Shown here: in pieces, positions 48,846 to 61,980 of the stretch
Numbering within the stretch: the stretch's first letter is position 1
How the letters are laid out: every line of letters starts with the position of its first letter
Made by a program: the position numbers and the translations under genes
Source: Saccostrea cucullata
Lineage: Eukaryota
Direction of reading: 5' to 3'
Assembly: GCF_032062105.1 (NCBI RefSeq)
Contig: NW_026940736.1
Span: 744,001-808,000 of the forward strand
Length of the DNA: 64,000 bases
The notes under the pieces: generated by a model
What the model was told of the DNA's origin: nothing
The model's input: the letters and a program-made list of their open reading frames with translations, nothing else
The model's database searches: none

Positions 48846-51800
48846 TCAATCCCAGATTTCCTCAGTGTCAATTGCACAGGAAGTTGCTGCCTCATAAAAG
48901 TTTACATTGGAATCTTCCACACAAATGTCTGTTTCATTCTCCTCTTCACTACCATCATGATATCTATCTTCCCACTCATCTTCCAGGGGGATGATCAATG
49001 TGGATTGGTCTTCTGTAAGCTGGTACCCATTTTCATGTAAAAATTTCCTGAGATCACAAAAAAAAATGTGAAAGACACTTATCTCAAAGATGTTTGTTTT
49101 AACCTAAGCAAGAGCAACTACATGTACATTGAACTTCAGATTCTAAGACAACAAATCCATGGGCTGTTGAAGTAAATTATTTTAATCTAAAAAACTTGAA
49201 TCATATGTCAAGGTTTTCCTTCAACAAGGTTTGACTGTATCACAAGAAGTATAATTGAAATAAATTACACTCACATATTAAGGAATCTCGTAAAAGAATT
49301 AAATGAAGTTGTATGAAAAGATGGACATCAAGGATTATGACAAACTCACTTAAGGTCATCAGTTTTGACTAATTTGGAAATTCTACTGAAGGTCATCAAA
49401 TGGTCAACAGGGATCTCCATTTGTTCTTTATCATCTTTCTGCACACAGAAACATGACTGGTCTGAGTCCATACTGCGATGGTTACTTGTCAGTAAATTAA
49501 TGATGTATGACACTTCTGACTTCAGAGTTTCCTCTGCAGATAAGGTGTCTTTATCTTTGTATGGAAATGTGGATTCTGCAACCTAAGAAGGAAATTTATA
49601 GATGCATAAATATAAGTCAATAAAAATGTCCTTGAGCTGAAAAGTTAAATAATATTAAACATAAAGACTCATTGAAATATACTCACACAAAGTGTAATCA
49701 ACTCACTTGAAATGTAATCATACTGAGTGTAAAAGACTCATTTGAAATGCAATCATACAGAGTGAATTAGACTAAATGAAATGTAATGACAGAGAGTGTT
49801 ATAGACTCATTGAAATTTACTCTTAAGAGTGTAATAGATTCACTGTGAATGTTATCAAACAGTGTAAAAGACTCCATGTAAACATGCACACAGTAATAAA
49901 CACACTTGAAATGTAATCACACAGAGTGTAAAAGACTCATTGAAAAGTAATCACATAGACTGTATTACATTCTCTTAAATATATTCAACTCATCTGAAAT
50001 GTACTCATACTAACTATAATTATGGTAATAGACTTTCTGAGATGAACTCACACAGAGTGTATTAGACCCATTGAAATCTACTACAGAGATTGTAAGAGAC
50101 TCAATGAAATATACTCATACAGAGCAGTGCAGTATTACAAAAATAGCCTAACAGACTGTTAGTAATAGATTCACTAAAATATACTCACATAGACAAGAAT
50201 AAAATTTTGGTGAGCAGTAGGTCTTGCTCAATTATGTGAAAAAATAAAGTTCATGTGAATATAGACGTATTACTCACTAAACAATAGCAACATTCTTTTG
50301 ACTCAATAGATGGTTTAGACTCAGAGGATGAAGTAAAGATGGCTGCCTGAGAACAAAACCCGACCTCCTGAGATTCCAGTGGAGGGTCCCCAATACCTGT
50401 ATACTCCACAGAGTAGCTGTACTTCTCACACACACCCTGACACCTAGAAAAGAGATAAAGATATGTAGGGGAAATTATTTACATTATCTCCAATACAAAG
50501 GCTTTTACTTGTAGGTATATACTTATTTCACTGGGAATTCCGATTTTCATACATTTTGTCTACACCCCAAAAATACATGGTCACAGCAAAAACATTTTTA
50601 TTTATACATGTTGGATGGGATGAATGTATTAAATAGCAGGAATTTCCCTAAGACCCAGAGTCACAGGGAATTTTTACGCCTTCTATGACATACTATAAAC
50701 CAATTTTTATTCGCGATGACTTTATTTCGCGATTTACCGGAGGTGAACTAGTTCGCAACGATTAATTTTTGTGATCAAGCCTTTTTCGATCTGTTGTTAA
50801 CAGACAAAGAGACTTAAAGGACTGGTTTGCCACGAGAAATATTCGCGATGACAAGACTCTCGCGAACCTCAAGAAAATTTTTCGCACGCGAATAAACGTT
50901 GGTTTACAGTGATTAGTTCATGGCCTATAAAATGTACATTAGGATAACAAGTACATGTTTAGATGATTCTGTATAAATATTTACTAAAAACATTCTTGTA
51001 TCTGAAACCTACCAGCTTTGAAATTCACTCCTTATCCACTCAAACTTATGGTCATAGTGTCGAAATCTGAGTTCTCCAGGAAAGAGACTGTTGAATTCAT
51101 AGTTAGGAGTGGTGACTACAACCAAACGAGGTCGGAGTCGCCCAAAAACATTCTCCTCAACTTCCTCTAGAATATCTGGATACAGGTGCTCTATGCTGTG
51201 AAAATGGGAGAATTAATAAAGCGAATAAGACATTACAAAGTCAAACATCAACAATATCTGTGTCAATGAAGATTTTTTTTTTTTTCCAAACCTCATCCAT
51301 TGAAATCTCTTAGAGAACCTGCCTACCCTTTTCATTGCAAGGGTGTAATTTCAGTACATTTCTGGTGGAATTTTAGAGGTAAAAGCGTAATCAATCATGT
51401 TTTCCTATTTTTTTTGTTTTTATTATACATGTAATACTTTATTTTCTTTCAAAACAACCGAAATTGTACATTACTGAGCAAAGAATAAAATTTTCTTTTT
51501 CGAATCATTTATTGGCAAAAAAAATGTAAAATATCACTATCCTGTATCAAACTCAATTCAACAGTACATCCTTCATGAAGCCTTTGGTCAATTTGTATCA
51601 AATTACTTAATTGAAGGATTGCGACTTTGCATGTTTATACAAATTGTTCATTATAACATTGTACTTTATTCTTTTTACTCACATTTCTCTATCTTGTTCT
51701 AAGCAATGTGAAAATAAATTGAGCATATAAATGGCTGTACCTATTGCAATATCATTTAATAGTTAGCGTAAGTAGTGCCTTCTCGTCTTCTTTTGAATCT

Positions 51801-54022
51801 TCGCCATACCAGTTTACTTGAAACTACTAAGTATATTACGTACTTTATCGAACAGGTCCTCTATTAATTACTTTTATTAGAACTAAAATGAGAAGTTACT
51901 TCTCATTTTATTTCAGCAGGTTGTACTTTAACTCTTTTAACTCTAAATTTAGTTGTTTATTAAGAATTTTAAACCGAAATATCAAAGCGTAAAATTAATA
52001 TCAGTGGCGTAATAGCATAATTTTGTGGTAAAAAGCAGAAAAGTTAAGCCAAAAGCGGAAGGGTAGACAGGTCTGTTGACAATGACAATAAACAGTTTCT
52101 TGACATTGAACTAAATATAAATATGGATGTGTCAATTAATAAAGATTGATAGAAATACACATCTTTAAAAATTCTATGAAACTGAGCTATATAAAAACAT
52201 GAAGGGGAAAAGAGAGGTTTAGATTCATATACAAGGAAATAGTCGGAAAATATTGACATTCTGTGACTGTGAATTTCATTTATACATGAATGGTGTGTTC
52301 CAAAATTTGATGTGTCTTAGCCTATCCTTGAAGATAAATAAATGCTTACAACATAAGAAAATTTCACAAACTCGGAATTTTACAAAGAAAAAATTCCTTT
52401 TGCCAACTTCAGTACAGTCTTCAGTTTAACTAAAAGTTCTAGAAAAGAAAATCAGAATTCTTACAACTCAATCATGGAAACAGCATCACATCCTATAGTT
52501 CTGTTATCCAGACTTGTAGCACTCCCTTCGTAAATCTCGATGCTCAGTGGATTAGCCCTTTTGAATATATAATCTGACGGTCGTGGTTTAATGCGGTTTT
52601 TATTGAAATCTAATGCTTCTCTATCAATGTCCACTAGCTGTATCTTTTGGACACTTGGAACCTCTCTGTAAAATCTCACTATTGCACACTCTGAACATCC
52701 TAGATCAACCACCTGAAATTCAGAAATTGAGAATTTGAATTATTACTGATAGTCCTAGCTAGCTTAAGGGGAGACAGGGCACATGTCACATGACTAAAAA
52801 GACATATTTCGTCATAATCGGTGATGATATACATGTTAAACGTTGTTAAAATCAACAGTTCTTGTGTAATTTTATTCTTATAATTCTAAAATTGTTTTTT
52901 AAACATTTAATTTTAGAAATTATTATTCATAAAATTTTAAAAGATCTTGCTATCATTTAGATATTGTGAAGTTGCCCAATCCACACATTTGTTTCTCTTT
53001 ACCCTGCAGTTTGACGTCAGTGACGTCATAGTCGTAATGTTTGAATTTTCAGTGCAGCAAGATCAAGTACACACCCCCGTCATGATCAGTTTTATTTCAT
53101 GATAAACAGGTCAAAGTCAATATATCGTGATTTATTTCTGAAGCAGATTTTTTTTTATATTAATATTTCTTCGTGTTTAGTAGCAAAGATTCTCTCTATT
53201 TAGATAATTTTGAATGTTTATGTTTTCGTGTGACGTCACAGTCGATTTCCCGCACTCGGAAAATACAAACGTGAAGCGTTTTTATCATGCTTACGTTTAA
53301 TTTAACGATGTCCTGTGCGATATTGAGGTAAGCTTCACCCTGTGATATTTATGCAGTAAATAATTACGATGAAGGACTGACATTTAATCGTAAATTTAGA
53401 AATATTTATTGACAGAATTTTTTCCCAATAAGGTTTTTGTCGTTGAAGCTGCCTTGAAAAATGCAGAAATTATCCCACCCAAATACTATATAAAATTAAA
53501 ACAATTGCTTTCAGATAATTTAAACACTATGAATATTCTGAAATATTTGAGTATATAGTATTACCTATAATATTTATCGTTTGTGCGTAAAAATTCGCAT
53601 TATGGACTCCGTTATGGGCCCGTAAACATGAAGTATCTAAACTCCATACAAACTCTAAACAGGGCGATATTTGTGGGGCGATATCTTTTAAATTAGTCAA
53701 GAAATCCCATGACAGGACCGTTTTAAAATGTAAAGTACATTCTAAATTAGTAATATGAAATATGCATTGTCAACTTTCTTTCATGAAAAGTGGCAGTTTA
53801 ATTGTTCTTTTCTTTTTTCAGATTTTGGTAAGTGCTTCATTAAAATTCTGATTTAAAAAAACGAACCCATTTAGCATCATGCTTTTCCAAGATCTTTGCG
53901 GCAAAGGAGTATCTCTGTGTGTACAGGGGTGGATAAAATCTAACATCTCCTAAACTGTTTTCGTCTTCTAGCTTCTTAGATCCATCTGTTTCTGACAATT
54001 CTGCTCTTGTTTCTTTTGACAT
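48846..54022 (-). CDS. HENMT1: Small RNA 3'-terminal 2'-O-methyltransferase HEN1, ~395 aa, 6 exons
   Basis: Exons 54022-53867, 52712-52465, 51195-51013, 50443-50278, 49582-49350, 49047-48846. In phase, 1188 nt. HEN1 motifs FYPPLYTQRY, VVDLGCSE, IEFIEHL, TTPNYEFN, FRHYDHKFEW, GFCSQAAIF. Confidence 0.95.
49660..50195. repeat. Degenerate ~34 bp minisatellite in HENMT1 intron 4
   Basis: About 15 copies of an AGACTCATTGAAATGTAATCACACAGAGTGTAAT-like unit. Confidence 0.8.
50693..50909. mobile_element. Tc1/mariner-type MITE in HENMT1 intron 3
   Basis: TIRs CTATAAACCAATTTTTATTCGCG / CGCGAATAAACGTTGGTTTACAG with internal TTCGCGA repeats. Confidence 0.7.
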
Positions 54023-54593
54023 ATTGTGTACATTCTGAGGAACTTGCTGTACGCGCCGTTAAAAATTAAAGTGAAAGTAGAGTACATACGGTTTTGAAAA
54101 CATCCGATGAGTTCCGATTGTCACAACTGTTTACAAGTTGTCATGCACTAGTCTCGTATGGCAAATTGTCAAATACCATTTCCACTATGACAGCAAGGCA
54201 GTGTAAGTATGTCATATTTTTTGTATAAGCAATGTTTCTGTTTTTTATGCTGTTTGCCTACATTATAATCCGAATGTTCTCGGTAAAAAGTTTAATTCAT
54301 GCATTGTTTATTGATCATGTTGATTGTAAATAACACCATGCAAACTTATACACTTCCCCTGACGTTAATTGTTCAAGGGAAATAGATGTTTCCATTTTTT
54401 TTATGAATAAAAATAACTATGTTTAATTTCTGGACTTGCTATTATCAACAAATGATAAAACAAAATTAAAAAGAATAACTGATTAATAAATATATGCACA
54501 TTTTCATTCAATAAAATTTTAGATTTTGAAACAATATGTCATGTATGTAGGCCTATTTTTCCATGTACAGATGACACTGATTTGACATGAAAC
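54023..54593. promoter_or_regulatory. Putative bidirectional promoter region between HENMT1 and the PIP5KL1-like gene
   Basis: The divergent start codons are only 571 bp apart. A candidate 5'UTR intron of the kinase runs from GTAAGT (~54204) to TACAG (54570). Confidence 0.6.
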
Positions 54594-57500
54594 ATGGCAA
54601 CTCCAAAGAGGCAGTTTTCAAGATCTTTATCCAACAACAAATGGATGAAACTGTGGAAAAAATGGCAGAGGAAAGATGTTGTTGTTGTCAATGAACATCA
54701 CCGTCGTTACAGAGCTCTGGAGTGTATCAGAGAGGGAATTCAGGACTTGTTTGACAAACATCCAGAACTTGGGGTTAAGGTAAATTAAGGTTTGATAATT
54801 ACAAATAATACAGGGTACAAATTAGAATTGTTAAGCAAGAAATAAAAAAAATTATAGGTACACCAGACTTGAACCTGGGACAGCATTAATAGTACATTGG
54901 CCTGGGTAGCTCAGCTAGTGGTTATCTAGAGCACCTGGCTAGTGATGCAGGGGTCCCAGATTCAATTTCTGGGCCAGCCACACATTTCCTACTTTCAGTC
55001 TTATGTAGTGTGGTAGAGTTGACCACCAGAACTTGCAAGTGAAAGTTCTGCCAGGTGCAAGAAGAACCTGGGTTGTGTTGATCTTCGAGGGTGAAAAAAC
55101 TTGAGGAGGGATTAATGTGTTGGTCAGACAGGTTCGATCAGAAGATAATTAGCTCAGCTGATAGAGCACCTGACTAGTGATTCCTTGGGCTAGAACCTTA
55201 TTTGGTCTGTCACAGTTTTCTCCTTTTGGTTATGCTTTGTGCTATGCCATGCCCTGAACAGGAGTTAGACTTGTTAAGAAAGAGGTTGGGTTAGTGTCTT
55301 CAGGGGGGAGGGGGGTTAAAAACATTGATGGAGGGAGGAATGTAACACTCAGACAGGTGTGATTGCCAGTGGCCAGATGGTTCAGTTGGTAGGACTCTTG
55401 ACCATTGATTCAGAAGACCCTGGTTCAAACCCTGGCCTGTTGCATTTTCTCCTCTCTGGTTACATGTAAAGATGATTTTATTGCTTCTTTTCTATTGAAA
55501 TTATTGTGGAATATGTACTTGTGAAAATTTCATTACAACTATAGGCCTATAATGAATTAAAGGTTAAGAATATATTCTTGGACTATTGCACATGTATTCT
55601 TTTGATCTTTCTCAGGACCAACTGAAAGAAGAAGACTTTTGCCATATTCACAGCAAAACAATCAAAACTCATCAAGGAAAGGTAATATTACATACCAGTA
55701 AGACAAAGGAAACTATATTCAATTAAACATAAATGATCAATATTATACATGAACTGCAAAAAGTATTACGATGAATTTTTATTTAGCATTTATGAAAAAA
55801 TATTAAAAGAAATTAACTTTATAAAATTTTTTAAATTTCCATTTCTAGAAATTTAAATTCCGGAGTTATGCTAGTTCTGTATTTTCCTGCATCAGAAGAG
55901 CCGTCTCGGTGTCTGACAAGGATTTCCTGTCGTCAGTTGCTCCAGATGACTTGGATTATATGGAATTTTTCAGTAATTCCAGAAGTGGACAGGATTTCTT
56001 TCTCAGGTGAATTTAAATTTGAATTTTAAATCAGATTTAAAAATCATTCAGAACTAGAAACACTAGCTATTCTCACATTTTTGTTTTAATTACTGGAAAT
56101 CACATTTTGTTTTGGAGAACGTTATTTTTTAATATTTCTATCTAAAAGTCGTCTTTGTGTCAAGATCAAGTTTTCACTAACAGGGGAAGTAACTTGTAAA
56201 ACTATTTTTGACACAAGTTTGTACATTTCAGTAATGATCAGCAGTTTATCCTGAAAACTGACAAGAAATACCATTTGGAATTCTTCATGTCAATTCTTGG
56301 GTAAAAATATTTTGACTGTTCTAACAAAATATCTAAAATTGATGAATTTGTGTAAGGCCATCTTTAAAATAATTATTTGCCTTCTCCCAATGATCTAGTT
56401 AAAACTGGCCCAACTCCCATCAATAATTATTTTCATAGTATTGATACTTTCAATTTAACATAATTTTTTCCCCAACTACCTGTCTAATTTTTTATCTCAA
56501 ATCTGGAGATGGCAAACAAATATTTAGGAATGGTTTAAATGATTCCTCTATATTTCATTTGCCCTATACGTACATCATGTTCCAAATAATGTACAAGTAT
56601 TTTTTTCACTAAATTGTGTAACATTATATGCATGCACTGTAGATTCCTTAATTTAGGCCAGAACTTCATAAGCAAAATTACTTGTATGCAAGAGAATGAA
56701 TTCACCAAAAAAGAAGTGTAAGTCTGGAGTTGACTTATTGCTAACCTGAGAATCAGTTGAATTGATTAAGTTAATGACAATTAAGAAATGGTTATAAATA
56801 CTGCTTTCATGCAATAAAAAGCACAGAAATATGGCAGTAAAAAGAATCTGCTGCTTGATGTTGAATTTTTTTGTTTCAGTGACTATCTGGAGCATTTTCA
56901 GAGATACCCACACTCACTCATTGTCAAATTCCTAGGACTGTATTCTATAAATGTATCTGGGCAACCCAAGGTAACACTATGGAAACTTAGTACATTGTAA
57001 TGGCTACTGAAATTATTTTTAGCTCACCTGAGCCAAAAGCTTTATATTACACTTGTTTAAAATATTTTTCACATATGAATTTTTGATAGAAAAAATCATC
57101 AGTAGAAAAGAAAAAAAGGTAATGACACTGATTCTTAATTTGCATATTAATTATAGTGGTAGTTCTTTTTTGACAGCTAGAAAAAAGAGAATCATTTCAT
57201 TTAAAGATTTTAATATTGTTAATAGTTGTAATTTAGGAATGAATTTTTTTCAGATGTATTTCCTTGTGATGCAAAATGTGTTCTTTCCCGTGGAAAGAAT
57301 CGAGTCAAGGTTTGATTTGAAAGGATGTCTGGCTGGCAGGTATCAAAAGGTAATTAATCATAATTAATTGACCTGAAACATTTGTCATTGTTCTTCTGGA
57401 ACAAAATTTGTTTTATATAATTGATTAAAAAAAATAAATCCAAATTACTATGTCAGACTCTCACATGCAATAATCACTTACTTATCAGTGTTGAAATAAA

Positions 57501-60500
57501 ACAACTCTCTGTTCATCACTTTGCTGTGATAGGGATCTTGCTGTTTGTCTATCTGTCTGTCACTGTAATTGTTTCTGGGCTTTAAGTGTGGAAAGGGAAA
57601 CTTCAACTTGGTACAAAGATTGTTTATGACCCAAGGATAATTCATGAACTTGACCCAAGGTCATAACAGCAATCTCAAGGTCACTGGCAGACAAAATATT
57701 AAATTTTTGTCTATTCTATAGCGTGTGACATGATCTTGACTCAAGGTACTTCTGGCAAGTTCAAGGTCATTGGCCAAAAAGATATAAAATTTTTGTTCAG
57801 TTCATTACTCTTTAAAGGATACATAATAGAAATTGAAACTCTAAATAAAGGTTATTCCTGAGCTGAAGATATATCATAACAATAATCTTAAACCAAGGTC
57901 ATTGTGACAAGTTCAAGGTGGAAAGTGGGTAAAATTCAGATCTATTATTTCTTACACAGATCTGATGTCAATATTTCACTAAAAGATAACTTATGAGGAC
58001 AGGATTTGCCCTGGAATACCGGTATTATACCAAGGTCATTTGGCAAGTTCTAGGTCTTACCCAGGTAATAGGAAAAAAAGGTTCATGACACTTTGAAAAA
58101 TTGCAAAAGAGAGAGGGGGGGGGGGGGGGGGGGGGGGGGGGGTTGAGAGGTATAAGTTGTGATCCCTTTCCTAGTACCTATGGTTTTGATTAAAATTTGA
58201 CATTTTAGCCCTACACAGAAGAAAAGGGAAGTCTCCATGTTCTGAAGGATCAGAATTTTTATCACGAGACGATAAACCTAGGTACGGAATTTCTTGTAAG
58301 AAATCGATAAAAAGAAAAGAATTCATTTTATCAAGAAATATCTCTCTAGAAATAAAATTAAACATTTCATAAAGAAAATCAAATCATTTATGAATTTTTC
58401 CAGTCAAATTGCTACTTGTACCTAGAAACATGTCTAAAACTATTATTAAGATGGACAAAAACTATACAAAAGAAAAATATTTTTACAGGAGGTCAGCGAG
58501 ACTGGTTCCTGAGACAGCTACGCCATGACGTTAATTTTCTGCGGGAATTAGGTGTACAGGATTATAGTCTGCTTCTTGGTCGTCATGAACTCCACACTGA
58601 CGATCAGCAGACGTCATTTGGAAATCTAGTGTACAGGATGAGAAAGTAAGTCTGCAATTCAGTGCTCTCACATTGATATTTATCACTGTCTTTGAACAGT
58701 GTTTCATGCATTTTTTGTCCAGTTACCAGTAAATAAGGGATTGGATACAAGATAAGTTGGTCTGGGACAAGGTATTGTGTCTCAGTCCTGTGCTTGAACC
58801 ATCTAAGCCTTGTATCTTACTTAAAACATAGTTTGGGGATACTTTAACATGAGAGGATAATACTATTATAGAAGATCAAACAGTTGTGAGTGAGGTTGCA
58901 ACTTTTTGATAAACATTTTCATACTAAATTAACGGTAATGAGTTTTTTTAAGTCCTCCCTCAGTATACTATTTGCTTATTATTTATTGTGTAAAAAGTAG
59001 GGATGTCAAAATATTTATTTTCCGTAGTCGAACATTTGATTGCATTAATCGAACGATAGTCGACTATTTGGAGCATTTGTTGAAAAAAAATCTCGTCAAT
59101 AGCGTTTTTATAAATCAAAAGCCCTTTTCGTAAATTTATGTAAAAAGTGACATCAAATGCCTTTACTGTGTGTAACACACCGATATTCAGATGAACCTTA
59201 AGTTGGGATAAGATGTAGAAATGAAATAGATTTACACCAGCAATTGATTCTCTAAAATCAATAAATTTTCGTAAATCGCATTCATAAATTGGTCGTACAT
59301 TCTTTCGTTCTAGTACGCTTAGAGAATTGTCCGCACAGTGTTTTTAAAGTTTATCTAAAATAAATTGGAAAAGGGGAGGAGATTATTATTTTAATAATTA
59401 TCGAAGTTTCAGAACTTTATGGCTTTGCTGTGTTCCTATACATAATTTAAACATTCTTAGAGGTAATAAATAAATTTATAATTGGTACAAGTCCAATTAA
59501 TAATTTTCAAAGTCCAGCAAAGCGCTGCATAATTTACTACAATAACAAACAAGAGGCCCATGGGCCTTATAGGTCACCTGAGCATTATGCAACAACTTTC
59601 CTGCAGTGATTGAATCTGATCCATGTTTTAAGCCAGATGCTATTATAATAGCATTTACAATTTTGATCATCATAACTATACACTTAGCAGTTGCTTAGTT
59701 TGGTTACTTAATACCCATAGGCAGGGTAAGGGAACAAAAAATGCATTTCAACAAATCAGTAATATTCAGCAATAATCAGTAGTGACTCTACCACACATGA
59801 ACCCTTGAATCTTGCACAATTTTTAAAAAGGCATCCTTGCTTTTCAAAAATATTTGATTAATACCAAGGAGCAGATTTCAAACAATTCATTCATTTTCAG
59901 TATATAAGTACAGCCCCCCCCCCCTATGGTACTGCTGACCCTGGGGCCGTGAAATTCACAATTCTTGAAGATAAGGGCCTTTGCTCATAACTATATAGGT
60001 AGTTCATCTGCTTAATACACAGCACAAGAAGAAAAATTCAAAGATTTAATGTTTTTTCACTATACATGTGTAATCAATAGAGCCCCGCCCTAACACCAGA
60101 ACCCCTGACCCTGGGGCCATAAAATTCACAATTTGGTAGAGGTACTCTTGCTCATCATAACTATGTTCTTAGTTAGTTTATTTAAAACATAGGAGTAGAG
60201 AAGAAGATTTTCAAAGAATTCATGTATTTTCACTATATAATCAATAGAGCCCCGCCCTAACACCAGAACCCCTGACCCTAGGGCCATAAAATTCACAATT
60301 TTGGTGGAGGCACTCTTGCTCATCGTAACTATGTACTTAGGTAGTTTATTTAATACCTAGGAGCAGAGAAGAAGATTTTCAAAGAATTCATGTATTTTCA
60401 CTATATAATCAATAGAGCCCCGCCCTAACACCAGAACCCCTGACCCTGGGGCCATAAAATTCACAATTTTGGTAGAGGTACTCTTGCTCATCATAACTAT

Positions 60501-61940
60501 GTTCTTAGTTAGTTTATTTAAAACATAGGAGCAGAGAAGAAGATTTTCAAAGAATTCATGTATTTTCACTATATAATCAATAGAGCCCCGCCCTAACACC
60601 AGAACCCTGACCCTGGGGCCATAAAATTCACAATTTTGGTAGAGGTACTCTTGCTCATCATAACTATGTACTTAGTTAGTTTATTTAAAACATAGGAGCA
60701 GAGAAGAAGATTTTCAGAGAATTCATGTATTTTCACTATATAATCAATAGAGCCCCGCCCTAACACTAGAAACCCTAACCCTGGGGCCCTAAAATTCACA
60801 ATTTTGGTAGAGGCACTATTGCTCATCATAACTATGTACTTAGTTAGTTTATTTAATACACAGGAGCAGAGAAGAAGATTTTCAAAGAATTCATGCATTT
60901 TCACTATATAATCAATAGAGCCCCGCCCTAACACCAGAACCCCTGACCCTAGGGCCATAAAATTCACAATTTTGGTAGAGGCACTCTTGCTCATCATAAC
61001 TATGTACTTAGGTAGTTTATTTAATACCTAGGAGCAGAGAAGAAGATTTTCAAAGAATTCATGTATTTTCACTATATAATCAATAGAGCCCCGCCCTAAC
61101 ACCAGAACCCCTGACCCTGGGGCCATAAAATTCACAATTTTGGTAGAGGTACTCTTGCTCATCATAACTATGTTCTTAGTTAGTTTATCTAAAACATAGG
61201 AGCAGAGAAGAAGATTTTCAAAGAATTCATGTATTTTCACTATATAATCAATAGAGCCCCGCCCTAACACCAGAACCCCTGACCCTGGGGCCATAAAATT
61301 CACAATTTTGGTAGAGGTACTCTTGCTCATCATAACTATGTACTTAGGTAGTTTATTTAAAACATAGGAGCAGAGAAGAAGATTTTCAAAGAATTCATGT
61401 ATTTTCACTATATAATCAATAGAGCCCCGCCCTAACACTAGAAACCCTGACCCTGGGGCCCTAAAATTCACAATTTTGGTAGAGGCACTATTGCTCATCA
61501 TAACCATGTACTTAGTTAGTTTATTTAATACACAGAAGCAGAGAAGAAGATTTTCAAAGAAATAATGCTTTTTCACTATATACTTATTTAGCCCCGCCCT
61601 AGCACAAGAACCCCTGACCCCAGGGCCATGAATTTCACAATTTTGGTAGAGGACTCAATGCTAATTACAATCATGCAAACAGTTTGACTGCTTGATGTCC
61701 AGGAGTAAAGAAGAAGATTTTTAAAGATTGCATTAATTTTACTGGTTTTGGCCCCACCCCCCAGGAGGGGGGCAGGGATCATGAAATTCACAATTTTTGT
61801 TCCCCCTCACCCATAGATGCTTTGTGCCAAATTTGATTGAAATTGGTTCAGTGGTTGCAGAGAAGAAGCTGAAAATGTTCAAAAGTTTACGACCGATTGA
61901 CGACGAACGACGTACGACGGACGACGACGGACGAAAACAG

Positions 61941-61980
<40 letters not shown>

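Noticed and set aside
49660-50195. CRISPR-like or coding repeat in a HENMT1 intron
   Set aside because: Contiguous degenerate ~34 bp minisatellite without spacers or an open frame.
52765-53780. Kolobok-like DNA element starting TTAAGGGGGAGAC in HENMT1 intron 1 (and similar sequence at 1-600)
   Set aside because: It looks transposon-derived, but the matching terminal repeat and TSD could not be located, so boundaries are unsupported.
54899-55445. Functional tRNA genes
   Set aside because: Acceptor, D and T stems are disrupted by indels and mismatches, so it is reported only as a tRNA-like repeat.
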